DNA of 64,000 nucleotides from Harriotta raleighana (lineage: Eukaryota). The notes under the pieces are model-generated. The model ran no database searches. It worked only from the letters and a program-made list of their open reading frames with translations, and was not told where the DNA came from. The DNA lies in the NCBI GenBank assembly GCA_050575255.1, contig JBNZDD010013654.1:1145718-1209717 (forward strand), read 5' to 3'. Below, one piece after another: positions 40,220-52,790 of this stretch (position 1 is its first letter; each line of letters opens with the position of its first letter). Made by a program: the position numbers and the translations under genes.

Positions 40220-42230
40220 ATTTTTTTCCATTCAAGCAGGTATCCGACAAATGCAGATGATTCTCTAAAACAAGGGAATTCAACCATTTAAATAAATTGT
40301 TCTGTTCAATCAACACAAAATTAGTTTATACCCACTTACTGAGACGCTGGATCCATTATGCACCAAAATGCAATTCCAATTAAATTATCTGTTTAAAACA
40401 TTCTCTAAACAATATATTTTCCAATATTTTTAATGTAAAATTCAGCCACATGTAAAATTGCTCCCTTGTCATGTCGAAACATTGAATTTGCTCTATCGCC
40501 CATTGAGCTTGTTCCATCATTTTATTAATTTACTAGATATTTTTAATATTTCTCCAATACTGTAACATCCCAAATTTCTGTCTATTGTCCTTTTAACTTG
40601 ATTCTCCATCCACATTCTTCTCTGACAGTACATTTGACATTTTGACAAACGTGTCTGAAAAACACTTTCTTAACTCCCTTCTAAATAGTTTAACTCTAGT
40701 TTTAAGTCTCCTCATTTAGAGGATCAGTGAACCAAAGGGGAAAATCATTCTTTATATAACCCAGCTAAGCATAGCTAATCTCATCGTAACTAAAACCCTT
40801 GCTTATATATAATATTGGGAAACTTTGTGAAACATCGTAACTTTGATCTGTGTTATAATCGGTCTGCAACTAAAATGGCCTCCAATCCAGCTTCCAGATT
40901 GTTGCTGATGCCAGTTCTGGCTTGTGCTGTGAACTACCTGGTTTCCTGCTCTTGTTTGCAGTGGGCAGGAAGCTGGACAGTCAGCTGTATTTGTCTCAGT
41001 GAGAATTTCTAGGTTTTTCTCATTTCACATTCTAGGCACCTTGTTATAGTTGGCAGCCTTTTCTTGTGCTTTGTTTTCCTGTGAATCAAACTCAGATAAA
41101 CGAAAAAGCAAAGAAAATAAAAGTAATAATTTGGGTTGGTTTTGCCGGATGAGAGGAAGGCTTTTCATAAATTTTTTTGCTCTGTTAATTGTCTGGGTTT
41201 GGTTCATATACAAGAAAATGATATATTGGTCAATCAATTCCCAATCACCTACACTTATTTAGAGTACAGCTCATTATAGATACACCCCTAAAGCATAAAC
41301 TTCAAAATCAATAGCCATTTGCACATTTATCAATCTTCAACAATGATCTACCCCTCACCACACATATTCTCTCTCCCAATCCCATCAGCATAGAGATTAC
41401 TCTATTCCATAGTGCTTCGTTCATCATCATCTGCACTTCATATTCACCCTTCAGAAAAAATCCAAACAAAAGAATAGTTTTTGTGGATAATAATCTTCTC
41501 CGAGAGCTTCTGCAAGATTCCTGACAGCTATACACTTCAAAAGCAATTTCCCTATCTAACCATCAATGTGTAATATTAACTGCTGGTATGGTATATTTTA
41601 AAAAACAATACAGAGGAATCTGCATAAACAAATGTTTATAGCGGGTTTATTTACATGAAGTGGAATGACCTGAACTGGATATTTTAACTTGAATTTTGTC
41701 TGAATTTATTCAATTTCAGCTTCAGTCATGTCTGTTTTTTTTAAAGAAACGGGCAGAATCTACCAGTTGCCATGTTCCACTTTTTTCCCCATCATTTAGT
41801 TTCCCCAGAACCAGGTGTAAGAAACTTTACAATTAAAAACTAATTTATTTAACCTGGCACTGTAGATAGATACCTGACCTGATAGCCTCTGACTGCAATT
41901 TTCACAATTATTTTGCATTGTCCGCAAACATACTATTGATAGCATTTGTACCACATTTTGGACAAGTATTTACAAATGTGTCCAAATCCTGGCACCCAAC
42001 TGGTGAGAGTATATGTTTTAATACCTGGTATTGCACTGCCAGAATTCCATACCAAATTCATAGTGTATAGCGACTGAGCAAGTAAGAGTTCACTGCCAGA
42101 CCCTGAGCTCCACTGGTTAAGTTTTTATCAAGGTCTCTAGGCTCTGCTGATACAAGCCTGCTTCCGGTCTACAAATGTGTGAGATAAAAGTTTATACTGG
42201 AAAGCAAGCCAGTTCCTTTATTCTGCAATA

Positions 42231-42954
42231 CAGTAAAATCTTGTTTATCCGGCACCAGCCAGTGGCGGTTAAACGGTTTTTCCGGTTGAACAGATTTTTT
42301 TTCACAGAAAATTATTAAATATAGATTTTTTTTTAAAAAAAAATATTATTTTAACACATACCATATTCATAATGAACTAAATAATAACAGAATATTCTAT
42401 TAGCACATGATTATTTATACTTAAATTCGCAATTGCAGCACTGATTCGACGGGAGGTAAAAAACGCAACGTTAAAATGCAATGAGTTTAGACCTAACGGC
42501 CAGCACATACACACACACACACAGACAGACACAGACCCTCAAAGATATTCAGTCTGAATCTATCATATAAATTCTGTTCCCCCCTCCCTTCCTTTCCCCT
42601 ATCTCTCTCTCTCCCTTTCCCCATATCTCATTCCCCTCCCTCTCTTTCTCTCCATTCCCTCCCCCCTCTCTCTCTCTCCGTTTTCTCCCCTCCCTTTCGC
42701 CCTTCCCCCGCCACCCCCCTCTCTGGCTGCTACCTGCAGCAGTATTTAACTTACCTTCCCAATGACAGACACTCATCCATGCGAACGAGGTAAAATAAAA
42801 ACCACGAGTTTTAAAAGGATCCAGAACGAGTTTAGACCCGACATTCAAAGCGTCGCCGGATAACTTCCGATTAGTCGGACTGTGACTTTTTTTTGAGGCG
42901 GCGTTTGAACGGGTTTTCCGATTATTCGAGTCACGGATAAACAAGGTTTTACTG
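42231..42954 (-). mobile_element. Tc1/mariner-type MITE, family B (long form)
   Basis: TA-CAGTAAAATCTTGTTTATCCG...CGGATAAACAAGGTTTTACTG-TA; about 21-bp TIRs, CT-rich core. Confidence 0.88.
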
Positions 42955-43069
42955 TATTTGGATTTCGGTTTACTCATCAGACTGTTCACTCACACAGATT
43001 CCAACTTTCAATAAGTAATAGATTATTAACGTAAAAAAAGCAACATCTAGATTTGCTAGTTGTCATTGA

Positions 43070-43770
43070 AACAACAATTTGCACTAAAGTGCCCTCCATG
43101 CAGGGCATCGTCTCAGAGCACTTAACAGTGGTGGTGCCTGACTTTGAGCTGGGTTGGAGTTATGTGGTGGCCATAAGGATGATTGAAGGCAGAATGTTTT
43201 AAGGCGGGGCTTGAAGAAGGGGAGAGAGGAGGCAAAGCAGAGAGATTGAGGGAGAATGTTCCACAGTTTTGGGACGTGGTGGCTGAAAGCACACTTCCGA
43301 TGGTGTGGTGGAGGGTGCAAGGGATGAGTCAGTTGAGTGTAGGGTCGGATGATGGATTGGGGAGTGAGGAGGTTCGAGTGGTAAGGAGGTGCCAGAGAGT
43401 GAATGGATGTGGACACAAGAGTAAGAATCTTGAAGTTGATCTGTTTGGTGATGGGGAGCCAGTGGAGCATGACCAGAACTGGTGAGATGTGGGTACAGAG
43501 TTTGTTTTGGGTCAGTGTGCGGCAGGCAGAGTTTTGAATCAGCTGGACCTTTTGAATAGTGGAGCTAGGGAGACCGGCGAGGAGTGTATTCGAGTAATTC
43601 AAACGGGAGGTGATAAATGCGTGTATAAGGATATCAACTGCATTTGAAGTAAGGTCCAGTTGGAGGCAGGCTATGTTGCAGAGGTGGAAGCAGGTGTTTC
43701 TGATCAGGGACTCGATGTGGTGGAGGAAGGACAGCTTGGGGTCAAACTGGATGCCTAGATTGCGGCCAGA
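43070..43770 (-). mobile_element. L2-clade LINE 3' fragment
   Basis: ORF 43084-43602 reads NYSNTLLAGLPSSTIQKVQLIQNSACR...HISPVLVMLHWLPITKQINFKIL; gttgtt tail. Confidence 0.85.
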
Positions 43771-43879
43771 TTGAAAAACATCTCAACCTCACCAAACTTG
43801 ATTTCACAATTTCTGCATTGTACTCAATCATACAGTATCTGCATTATGAATAAACTAGCGGGGAGGTGAGACACAAGTA

Positions 43880-44367
43880 CAGGTAGACCTCACTTAACGT
43901 TGATTCGGTCAAAGTTGTTTTGTTATTATGTTGCTGATACATAGGGGAACATATATTCATTTAAAGTCGGGACATTCGTTATCGACGTTTACATAATTCA
44001 CCAGCGGGTGGAAACAAACTACTTTGAGTAGCGTAGTCGTATATAGACGCTGAACATCCGTTATTCTTGCGCAGCATCCACCCTGATCCTGCCCCTTCAT
44101 CTCAATATCTCCACCACTTGCCCCTCCACCCCATCCTACCTCTATAAGCAAGCTCCACATTTAAATTTATATATTATATTTTACATTATGAACGTACATG
44201 TATTTCAACTTATACTGTTTTTCATTAGAAAATTTGGACAAAAATTGTCCAAAAGAACCTAACTCCAGTTTATACATTAATTTTTATGGGAAAAACGGCT
44301 TAACACCGTTTCGCTTAAAGTCGCACTTTTCAAGAACACAACTACGGTGCGAAGCGAGGACTAATTG
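43880..44367. mobile_element. Tigger-like MITE, family C
   Basis: TA-CAGGTAGACCTCACTTAACG...GCGAAGCGAGGACTAATTG-TA imperfect TIRs; subterminal gtttcgcttaaagtcgcac resembles Tigger elements. Confidence 0.7.
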
Positions 44368-47300
44368 TATAACAAAATTACTGGACAGTTTTTATATCAA
44401 TTCACCATTCAACACATCAAACAAATATACATACAACAATGTGAAGGAATAAGGAAAATGGGGGAAAAAATACACCAAGACGTGAATCTATGGTGGACTG
44501 AACGGCACCTCCAATGTTCAAAGACAAATGAGATGACTATGAAGAACTGGAATGTTGAAGCTTACGCTATGTTGCATTGTCTTCCAGACAGCTCTCTGGG
44601 AGCCAGAGGAAAGGAGATGCATGAAACAGAAAGAGAAGAGAGAATTTTATTGGAACATGTACTTATGGAACAACAAATCTCTTTTTGTAAACTTTGTTCT
44701 GACACTCTGTTCCTCGAGCAACAGTTTGAAACCTATACGCTGCTTTAAACATGCTGACTTGAGTTACTTACACTCCACACATTGAAAAAAATATATGATA
44801 GCTCCTTTTCAGTGCAGTAGACACAATATGAAATCTGTTTGTTGAAATATCTGGTATTGAGGTTTTCTGTACCCTGTGATGTGCTAATTAACACAAATTT
44901 GAAAATTGGTGCTCATAGTTATTTAAACTTACCACAGATATAACAGCTCCTCTCCTCTGCTTCAAACAGTATTTGAGCTGGAAACTGATTATACCACATA
45001 CAGTGTGTTGGCCCAGAGAGAATCTGCTGGTCACTGGAATACTGCTTTAACTGTTATTTTTGTGCTGTTAAGTTAGTATTCAATATCTGTGATTCACTGA
45101 ACACCACCATTCCTGTTCCAGTAGTGTCAAACCACTTAAAGTTTGTATGCTTCACTATTATCTGTCAGAAACACCTCTAGGAACTTAAGAGTTTTAATAG
45201 TTCTCACTCCTATGTTTTCTAGTGTAACTGAACTGTGCTAATTCCATTTTTGAATGATCAGTGTGACCAGGTGCAGGAAGAAATAGCTTGACCTAATACT
45301 ATCAAGCTCTTTTAAAGAAAAGATTTAGCTCACTTAACTTCAATTCTGGACTTCCAACAATATCAGCATAATTTTTAACAAATCAATTTTTAGGTCAGCA
45401 CCCAGGCATGATGTGTGCCTGTAAATCTCCAGGGCTGTTTTAGGTCAGTAATAATTGTGATGTGCTGAAACAAAAGCACACTGGAATTAAGAGCAAATTA
45501 GTCATGAATATTTATTTAAAACAACCCATCATGAAGTGCAGCTGAACATCATTTGTTTTGGGACCAGAGTGCATGGTTTTGCATTTAGAGTGAATACAAA
45601 TTCCCCCGCTCCTGAAATTGAAGGCACCTTTATTGAAATCTGGACTAGGTGTCAGATTTTACTTGTAAAAAGAATACTTTGTAAAACCCCAGTTCCTATT
45701 GCATTTCTGATTTTTGTTTTTTAGATGAACTATCCTTTGGAATAAACAGAATATGATGAGAAAATATGTGTTTCTTTAAAACATGGACAGATAACATGTA
45801 AATTTCAAAATGAAAGGCAATCAAAATCACACACTAACAGAACAGCTAGGAGTGAAAACTTTGGACACATTTAATAATAATACAATAATCCATTCATTTA
45901 TTAAAGCAGCTTCAAGGTCAGGAAGCCATCTCAAAGCACTTCACAGGATATACTCTAAAGTGTAATCACTGCATATTCTGTAGGCGAACTGACCTGACAT
46001 GAAAGGAGCTATACAAATGTAATTTTGTTGATGTCGTTGCTGATATCAATAGGAGTCAATTTGCAGTATGTGAGTCATCAGTTTAATCAGTGAGTCATTA
46101 ATGAATTTCCGAAGTATCAAATGCATTGAACATTACATTAATTGATGTATTTCTTATTTTAAAAAATAGCAAATTGCATCTTATTAACTGCAGCATCTTA
46201 TTTGCATTGGAGAAATCGTTTCTCAGAATCTTCCCAACCTGTTGCTGTCCTTTTGCCAATGGCTATACACCCTCCTGCCTCCCTTCTTTCAATCACCTCT
46301 TGACAATCACAATACTGTAGATAGCAATCAATCCACCAACCAACTCCCAGCATTTAGTTTCTTCTGGGGGTTTACTTTATACAGTCAATTCACTTTACAG
46401 TACATTCTGCGAAGCGCTTTGAGACACATCAAAGCTTGTCAACCTTTTGATAAACAGCAATGTTCAATGAGCACATGGTTAGAATTTTGAATTTAATCTA
46501 GAATGACATAGATTTGTATTTTAATTTGGGAAGATCAGATGTTACTTCAATGTTTAGTAGTGCTCCTTACCCAGGGCACTTGAAGACAGTTGAGCTTCAC
46601 ACAATCCCACGAGTCACTAGTTGTTCACAATAACACCCCCTTCAACATGTGACGTAAACTACACATTTTCAGGCAAATACATGGATATTTGCTGTACAGG
46701 AGTAAATACAAACATTTTAAGATTAATATTATTAAGATTTTTGTCAACTAAAGCTTAAAGCTTAAATCTTAACTGAAAAAGCAAAATTATCCCCCTGCAA
46801 ACAGACGGAATATATTTAAGCATCTTAAGATGTGAAACCAATTAATACTCACAATATGGAAGAACAATGGGGAGCTTACATTTTATCAAAGAGTCTGCCT
46901 AAATCCTAGACCAATTTTGAGACTGAGATGGGATGCATTTGCATTAACCAGTAAGACTTCAGCTTACTTTTTGTAATCTTATTGGAGTTGTCAGCAGACA
47001 CAATAATACTTTACATGAATGTATAACACCTTTAATATCAACAGGACATCTGAAAGTGCTCCAAACAACTGACTGAACCTGAGTTTGGGAGGAAACAGAA
47101 AGCTGAGGAAGGGAGTGGAAAGGTGGTTGAAAACACAATCTTAAGAGTTAGGGCTTAATATATTAGCTATTTATTTTTAGCAATACAGATCCTGTTTGCA
47201 CATATACCTTAGTGCATGAATACATGGTGCAAAAGCTTAATGATCTTCAATATTCAAAAATATTAACCTACTTTGAAGTTGTTTTTCTTAGCAAAATGAT

Positions 47301-47432
47301 TTTTACCTTGTTTGTGATTTAAAAACATGGCCAGAGGTATTTTTGTTATTATATTTTCTTCCCATCTCAAGACGCTGGAGAAAGGGTTTTGGCAGCAGGC
47401 ATCTATCTGTTATCTCATCTAATGCGGTCAAA

Positions 47433-47465
47433 TGCATAAGGCTATTCACTGAATAGCCTTATGCA
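47433..47465. repeat. Perfect palindrome, 16-bp arms with 1-nt spacer
   Basis: tgcataaggctattca-c-tgaatagccttatgca. Confidence 0.95.
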
Positions 47466-48371
47466 AGTTATTAGTCTGGGAGCATAATTTCATCAAGTGT
47501 GTTTCTGTCCTCAGTTAGCATCCACATAGTACTCCATTCCAACAGTGGTTACTGGACAGAAATCAGAAGGAGGATTACAAAGCTGATTCCAAACCTCACC
47601 CCCACCCCCGCTCTTCTCTGAGGCCAGTCTTAGTTTTTTATTGTCAATTTAACTATGATTATCCATCCAAGAATGAATACTAAGACTTGCTGGGATTGAC
47701 TTGGAACACCTTTCACTTGACCACCTTCATCATGGGGAAACCATCCAGCTTGAGGTATAAAAGGAAAATTCAGTAAGGAAAAGTGGAAGGAATATCAAGA
47801 GTGCTCAAGGAAGAATATTCGTACATATACTTCCCTTGGGTCATTCTTACCTGTGGAATAAATCTGATATTTGCCAATTCCCAAAGTTGCATCTGGCGTC
47901 TTGCACAAAAAGCGAAACAAACACTATTTCAAGAATTATATACAACACAATATCTCTGATGTCACAATGAAAGCTATGAACATTTGAAATGAATGAATGT
48001 CATTAATCTTGGTCAAAACACAACATAAACTATAATTTAATTAGGCTACCTGCTGTGTCAATGATATCTCAAAAGATATTTATCCATGTGGCAATTCTGT
48101 TTGTTTCAGAACAATTGTTTTCATTGTTCATTCGAAAATATCAACTATGAATTGCAAAGTAAACTTCATGCATTTTATTTCAAAAAATGTGTTACATTCT
48201 CCTCAGCCTCAAAATACATGATAAAGTAGCAGTTGATAACAAAAAGCAATAAAATACTTTGCATCACCAGCTAACTGTGAATCAATTCAAGGTCATTTGA
48301 CAATTCAAGCTTATTTATTTCAGAACCATGTAAAACCTCTCTCTTCATGCAGTTGATTTCCCCACTCTCAT

Positions 48372-48500
48372 CATGTCCTTTGGATGAAACGTTACACTGA
48401 GATCCCATCTGAATGGTTAGGTGGATATTAAGATCCCATGGCAGTATTCGAAAAAAAGAAGGGAGTTTCTCCCACTGTCCTGGCCAATAAATTCCCCAAA
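48372..48500 (+). mobile_element. Deu-domain SINE (DeuSINE) fragment
   Basis: ttggatgaaacgttacactgagatcc...ggatattaagatcccatggcagtattcgaa...ctcccactgtcctggccaa resembles the Deu core of AmnSINE1/SacSINE1-type SINEs. Confidence 0.7.
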
Positions 48501-51500
48501 TAAAAAAAATTGTCACTCAAATTGTAGTAGATCAATATACTCTTAAGTCAGCTCAAGTTTGGAAACCTAACTGCTATTATATAGAGAACACATTCTTCAT
48601 CCTGAATTGACTTTGAATTCTGCTTCCACAAGTAAAAAGATAGTGAATTTCTCTTGTCTCTTTCAAGTCCTATCTGAAGACATTAATCTTGGTCAAAATA
48701 CAACAGAAACTATAATTTAATTAGGCCACCTTCAATCGTGCCTTCGGCCACTCTCCTATCCCTATTGCCCTCTTCCCCTTCTGACCCCAACTCCCAGTTT
48801 AGGTCCAAACCCTGATAATCTAGCACTGTAGGATATCTTTCTGACGTGAAGAGTTGCTATGCAAGTATCATTTGTTGTTGTTGTATTTCTCCCCACAAAT
48901 ATTTAAGCGTAAACAAGTTATACACTCTTTGGCACTGACCTAGATTTCTGTTTACACTGCTATTCTTAGTTATTATTTTTGAGCAGCATGTTTGAGCAAC
49001 ATTTCACAAACACATGATAGTTTGTCAATGAAAGGATCCACTAACTGAGAATTTCAGTCAAATAATAAATAAACCATAGCAATTTCACAACATGCAAAAC
49101 CAAAACCTATTCATTCTCTTGGCAGTGCATCACAAGCTGCCTTACATTAGGATTAGTGGCGGTGGTTAAGGGCAGCTCATAGGAAGGTGGTGTTTAATTC
49201 AGACCCAAAGTACAAAATATTCTCTATCTCCCTAGCAATACTTTGTGCACAATTAAACCTATCATTCCAATTCCATACAACGTAATTTTATTAAATACAA
49301 AATAAAGAAAAATAAATCTTATTTCTAAAGGTATTTATATCTTTATAAGGAAGATGCATATTTTTCTATTTAATAAAATTACTTCACAATATTTCAGCAA
49401 AATACTAATAAGGTATGAAAACTTTCATCCTATCCTTCCAGATACATGATTTTTTTATTGCCAGGGAATCAAATACCTCCTGTTTTTCTTTTGGTGCAAC
49501 ATGGCTGAGAAAAGAGATTATTCTTTGAGTTAAATCAACTCTCACATGCTTTGTGTATCATGCTCTTCCCAATTATGCAAAAAGATAACTTTTTCCCTTT
49601 TTGGATTAAAGATACTTTTAAGTTTAGAATAATGTTTGCTTAATGGCCAAACTCTGGCAAGTTAATGTGACCTCCAGAATCCTTAATAATTTGTAGCTCA
49701 CATGAGGTGCATGATTTGCCTTTCATCATTAATGTTGGGTCAGAAAAAGGTTATATTTCATAACTAGAAAAAATGATAGCATTAATTCCCAGCATTCTGA
49801 AGGAGGACAAAAAACCACAGAAAATCTATTTTTTTCCCGTGTTAATGATAGTGATGACCTATAATTTCTTCTGAATTTTTAAAATAGCTCTTCCATTTCT
49901 GTTCACTGTGCAAACACAGATAAAAGCAGCCAGTTAGGAGCTAATTGGAACCCAGACTTCTTAATGACATCCTAATGATTACATTGCAACTATGTTGAGC
50001 TGTCAAATGAATCTAAATGGTATCCATTTCAAAATGGTAAATGACAAAATAAAAAGTAGAAATTTTTGATAGCATAAAATGCATTATTCAAAAGTGCTTT
50101 CAACTCATCTGAAATAATTCTGAATGATCAAATAATTTACAGTTTTTGAAATGATTAACATGATTTGAATTCAGACCAATCTGCTGCTCTACACAGATCA
50201 AGACCCATGAGGAGTCTTCTATTTCCATTTGAATGCAAAGATTTGAAGGTGGATGTTAATACAATAAAGTGTGTATAATATGAATTGGGCAGTCTTAGTT
50301 GTACCAGCCTGCCCAGGTTTGAAATATTGGGCATGGGATCTTGCCAGTTTTTTATGCAAAATAAAGATGGGATAGGAATAGCAATATGTCAATAACTTTG
50401 TTAATTTAGGATCAAGTTTCATAATTCTGCTTTGATTTGGTCAGATATACCCTTCTCTTTACTCATAAAGCAACTGATCCACAATCCATGATGGTGAATT
50501 CATCACAGGATCATAGAAAACATCAGAATTCAGCACAGAGCACTTTTTTATGAATGTATTAATGGAATCAATAATATACACAGCAACTCTATTTATCAAA
50601 AGTAATAATAGAAATTGTTGGAAATCTGAGCTAAACCTAACAGTAATGGATCTGGTAACAAGTCTGCTCAAAAGGAGGCATATGGAGCATGCCAAAGACA
50701 TTGTATGAGTTAAACATTAGTTTCCAAAGTTAGATGCACAATGGCAGATGCTCACAAAATGCTTCCATAGGTTTTGCTATTCCTGATTTCTCACTCGGAA
50801 CACCTGATATAAGAATAGGACTAAATGTAGATTCTATATTATAAATATAGATTCACCTGTGTGAAACATATTGAGACATCCTCCCAAAATGGAAGGTGGT
50901 TTAAAAATGTAAATTATGTTGTATTTAGGTGATCAAATAAACCATGGAACACAATGATTTTGGGGTTTCAATGAATTAATGAAAGTAAGTGAGGTTTGAC
51001 TGATGGAGATTTTCGAATACATGAATACTATGGAGTTTTCCCGCAATTTAATCCAAATGTTCATAATATCCATACAATACTCTTCCCCAGGAAATGGCTT
51101 TCAACAGCTGCCACCCCAAGCGAAGATGTGTTGTCCACTGGGACGTTCCTGGTACCTCCTGTCCACCTAGTGAAGGCTCAAACCCACACATGTAGGATAT
51201 TAAACAACCAACCAGTGACTATTCTCAGATGGGAGGGAGGGTGGGGTGGGGGGTAGGTGGGTATAAGCGGAGCCATGTTTGGCATAAGAATGTTGGAATT
51301 GAAGCAGCCCTTCGTGGCGGTCTCAGTACACTAGTTCCTGAGCCTGGCAGGTCTACAGTAATCTAAGGCATTGCTGATGACAGCACAGCAGCCTGGATTA
51401 TCAGCAGGACCAATAGAAAATTGCTAAAATATTTGTCAAAAAGTAAGGGGAATTTTAAAAAATGCATGGAAAATTATGGGGATTGAGGTGCCATTGAGAG

Positions 51501-51964
51501 GTATATTTTACTGCCAACCTACATTTTGTTTTCACTTTATTGATAAAAGATTAAACATTGAAGAAATAACACACATTAGATTGTTCTAAAGAAAAATTCT
51601 TAATCCTTTCTTTAACAGAAACTGGGTGGCACACCAGCAATACACTGGATGGCCCGGGTCACCAGCACACTAGATCTGTTTCCACCCCGCACTACATTTG
51701 AAAGCAAGTGTCCTGTGGGACTGTGGGGCTCCACCTCATGCCTAACATGGCCTACCACCACTCACAAACACAAAGAGAGACACACACTCACAGATAAACA
51801 ACAACAACCAAATTACATTTGTATAGTGCCTTTCACATTGGGAGCATGAAGGACAAACACATACACAAACAGACAAAGAGTGACACACACACTTCCAGAT
51901 ACAGGGAGAGACAGATATTGCCAAACACACAGAGCAGACACACACACACACACACACACAAGTA

Positions 51965-52790
51965 CAGTGGAGAGACCTAAAAAATGCTGTCACCACTCCC
52001 CACCTCAAAAACGCACCCTTGACTCCTCCAACCCCACAAATTTCCAACCTACCCTTCCTTGCCAAAGCTCTAGGATGCTTTGTCTCTAAACAGTTTTGCC
52101 CCTCCAGTTTAGATTCCTCCCTGATCAGAGCACAGAAACAGTCAAGGTCACAAACATCCTCTCTCTCTCTCTGACCGGGGCTCTCCTTGCCTCCTTGTTT
52201 TCTGGGACCCGATGTGTTTGACACAGTCGACCATGCCATCCTCATCTACCGCCTCTCCTCTCTCATCCACCTTATTAGTAGGACCACACTAGTCTGGTTC
52301 AAGTCCTACTTAACAAACCTCCTTCACTTTGTTTCTTCAAATGGTTTCTCTTCCCACTCCCATCTGGTCAGCTGTGGTGTATCCCAGGACTTTATCCTTG
52401 GCCCCTTTCATCATCTACATGCCGTCTCTTGACAATGTTATCCACAGATACAGAGTTAACTTCCACATATATGCAGGTGGCACACACATCTACTTCTCCT
52501 CCAGCTGCAACTCCAGGTGCACAGATGTTTTTTCGGCTTGTCTGGCAGATATCAGGGCCTGGTTGAGTGAAAATGTCTTACCATTACAATACTTGTTGAC
52601 AAAACAGAAGCCATACTCATTGGCCCTCATCAACATTTTCTATCCTGTGGATCTGATCTCCTAAACCTCCCCGGCCTATCCTTCAGACTCAGTAAACCAA
52701 TGCATAACCTAGATGTCAGGTTCGACCCACAGGTCCTTCCTTCCCCACATATGGTCACCTTCCTTCACCTCCTCCACATTGCCCACCTCT
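51965..52790 (+). mobile_element. L2-clade LINE RT-core fragment
   Basis: FDTVDHAILIYRL, LVWFKSYL, SCGVSQDFILGP and NFHIYAGGTHIY (decayed YADD) RT motifs. Confidence 0.82.

Noticed and set aside
42955-42990. Minus-strand CTGATGA-GTAAACC-GAAA, hammerhead-like boxes
   Set aside because: No real stem II, and no stem I or III pairing even after removing the adjacent MITE; likely chance.
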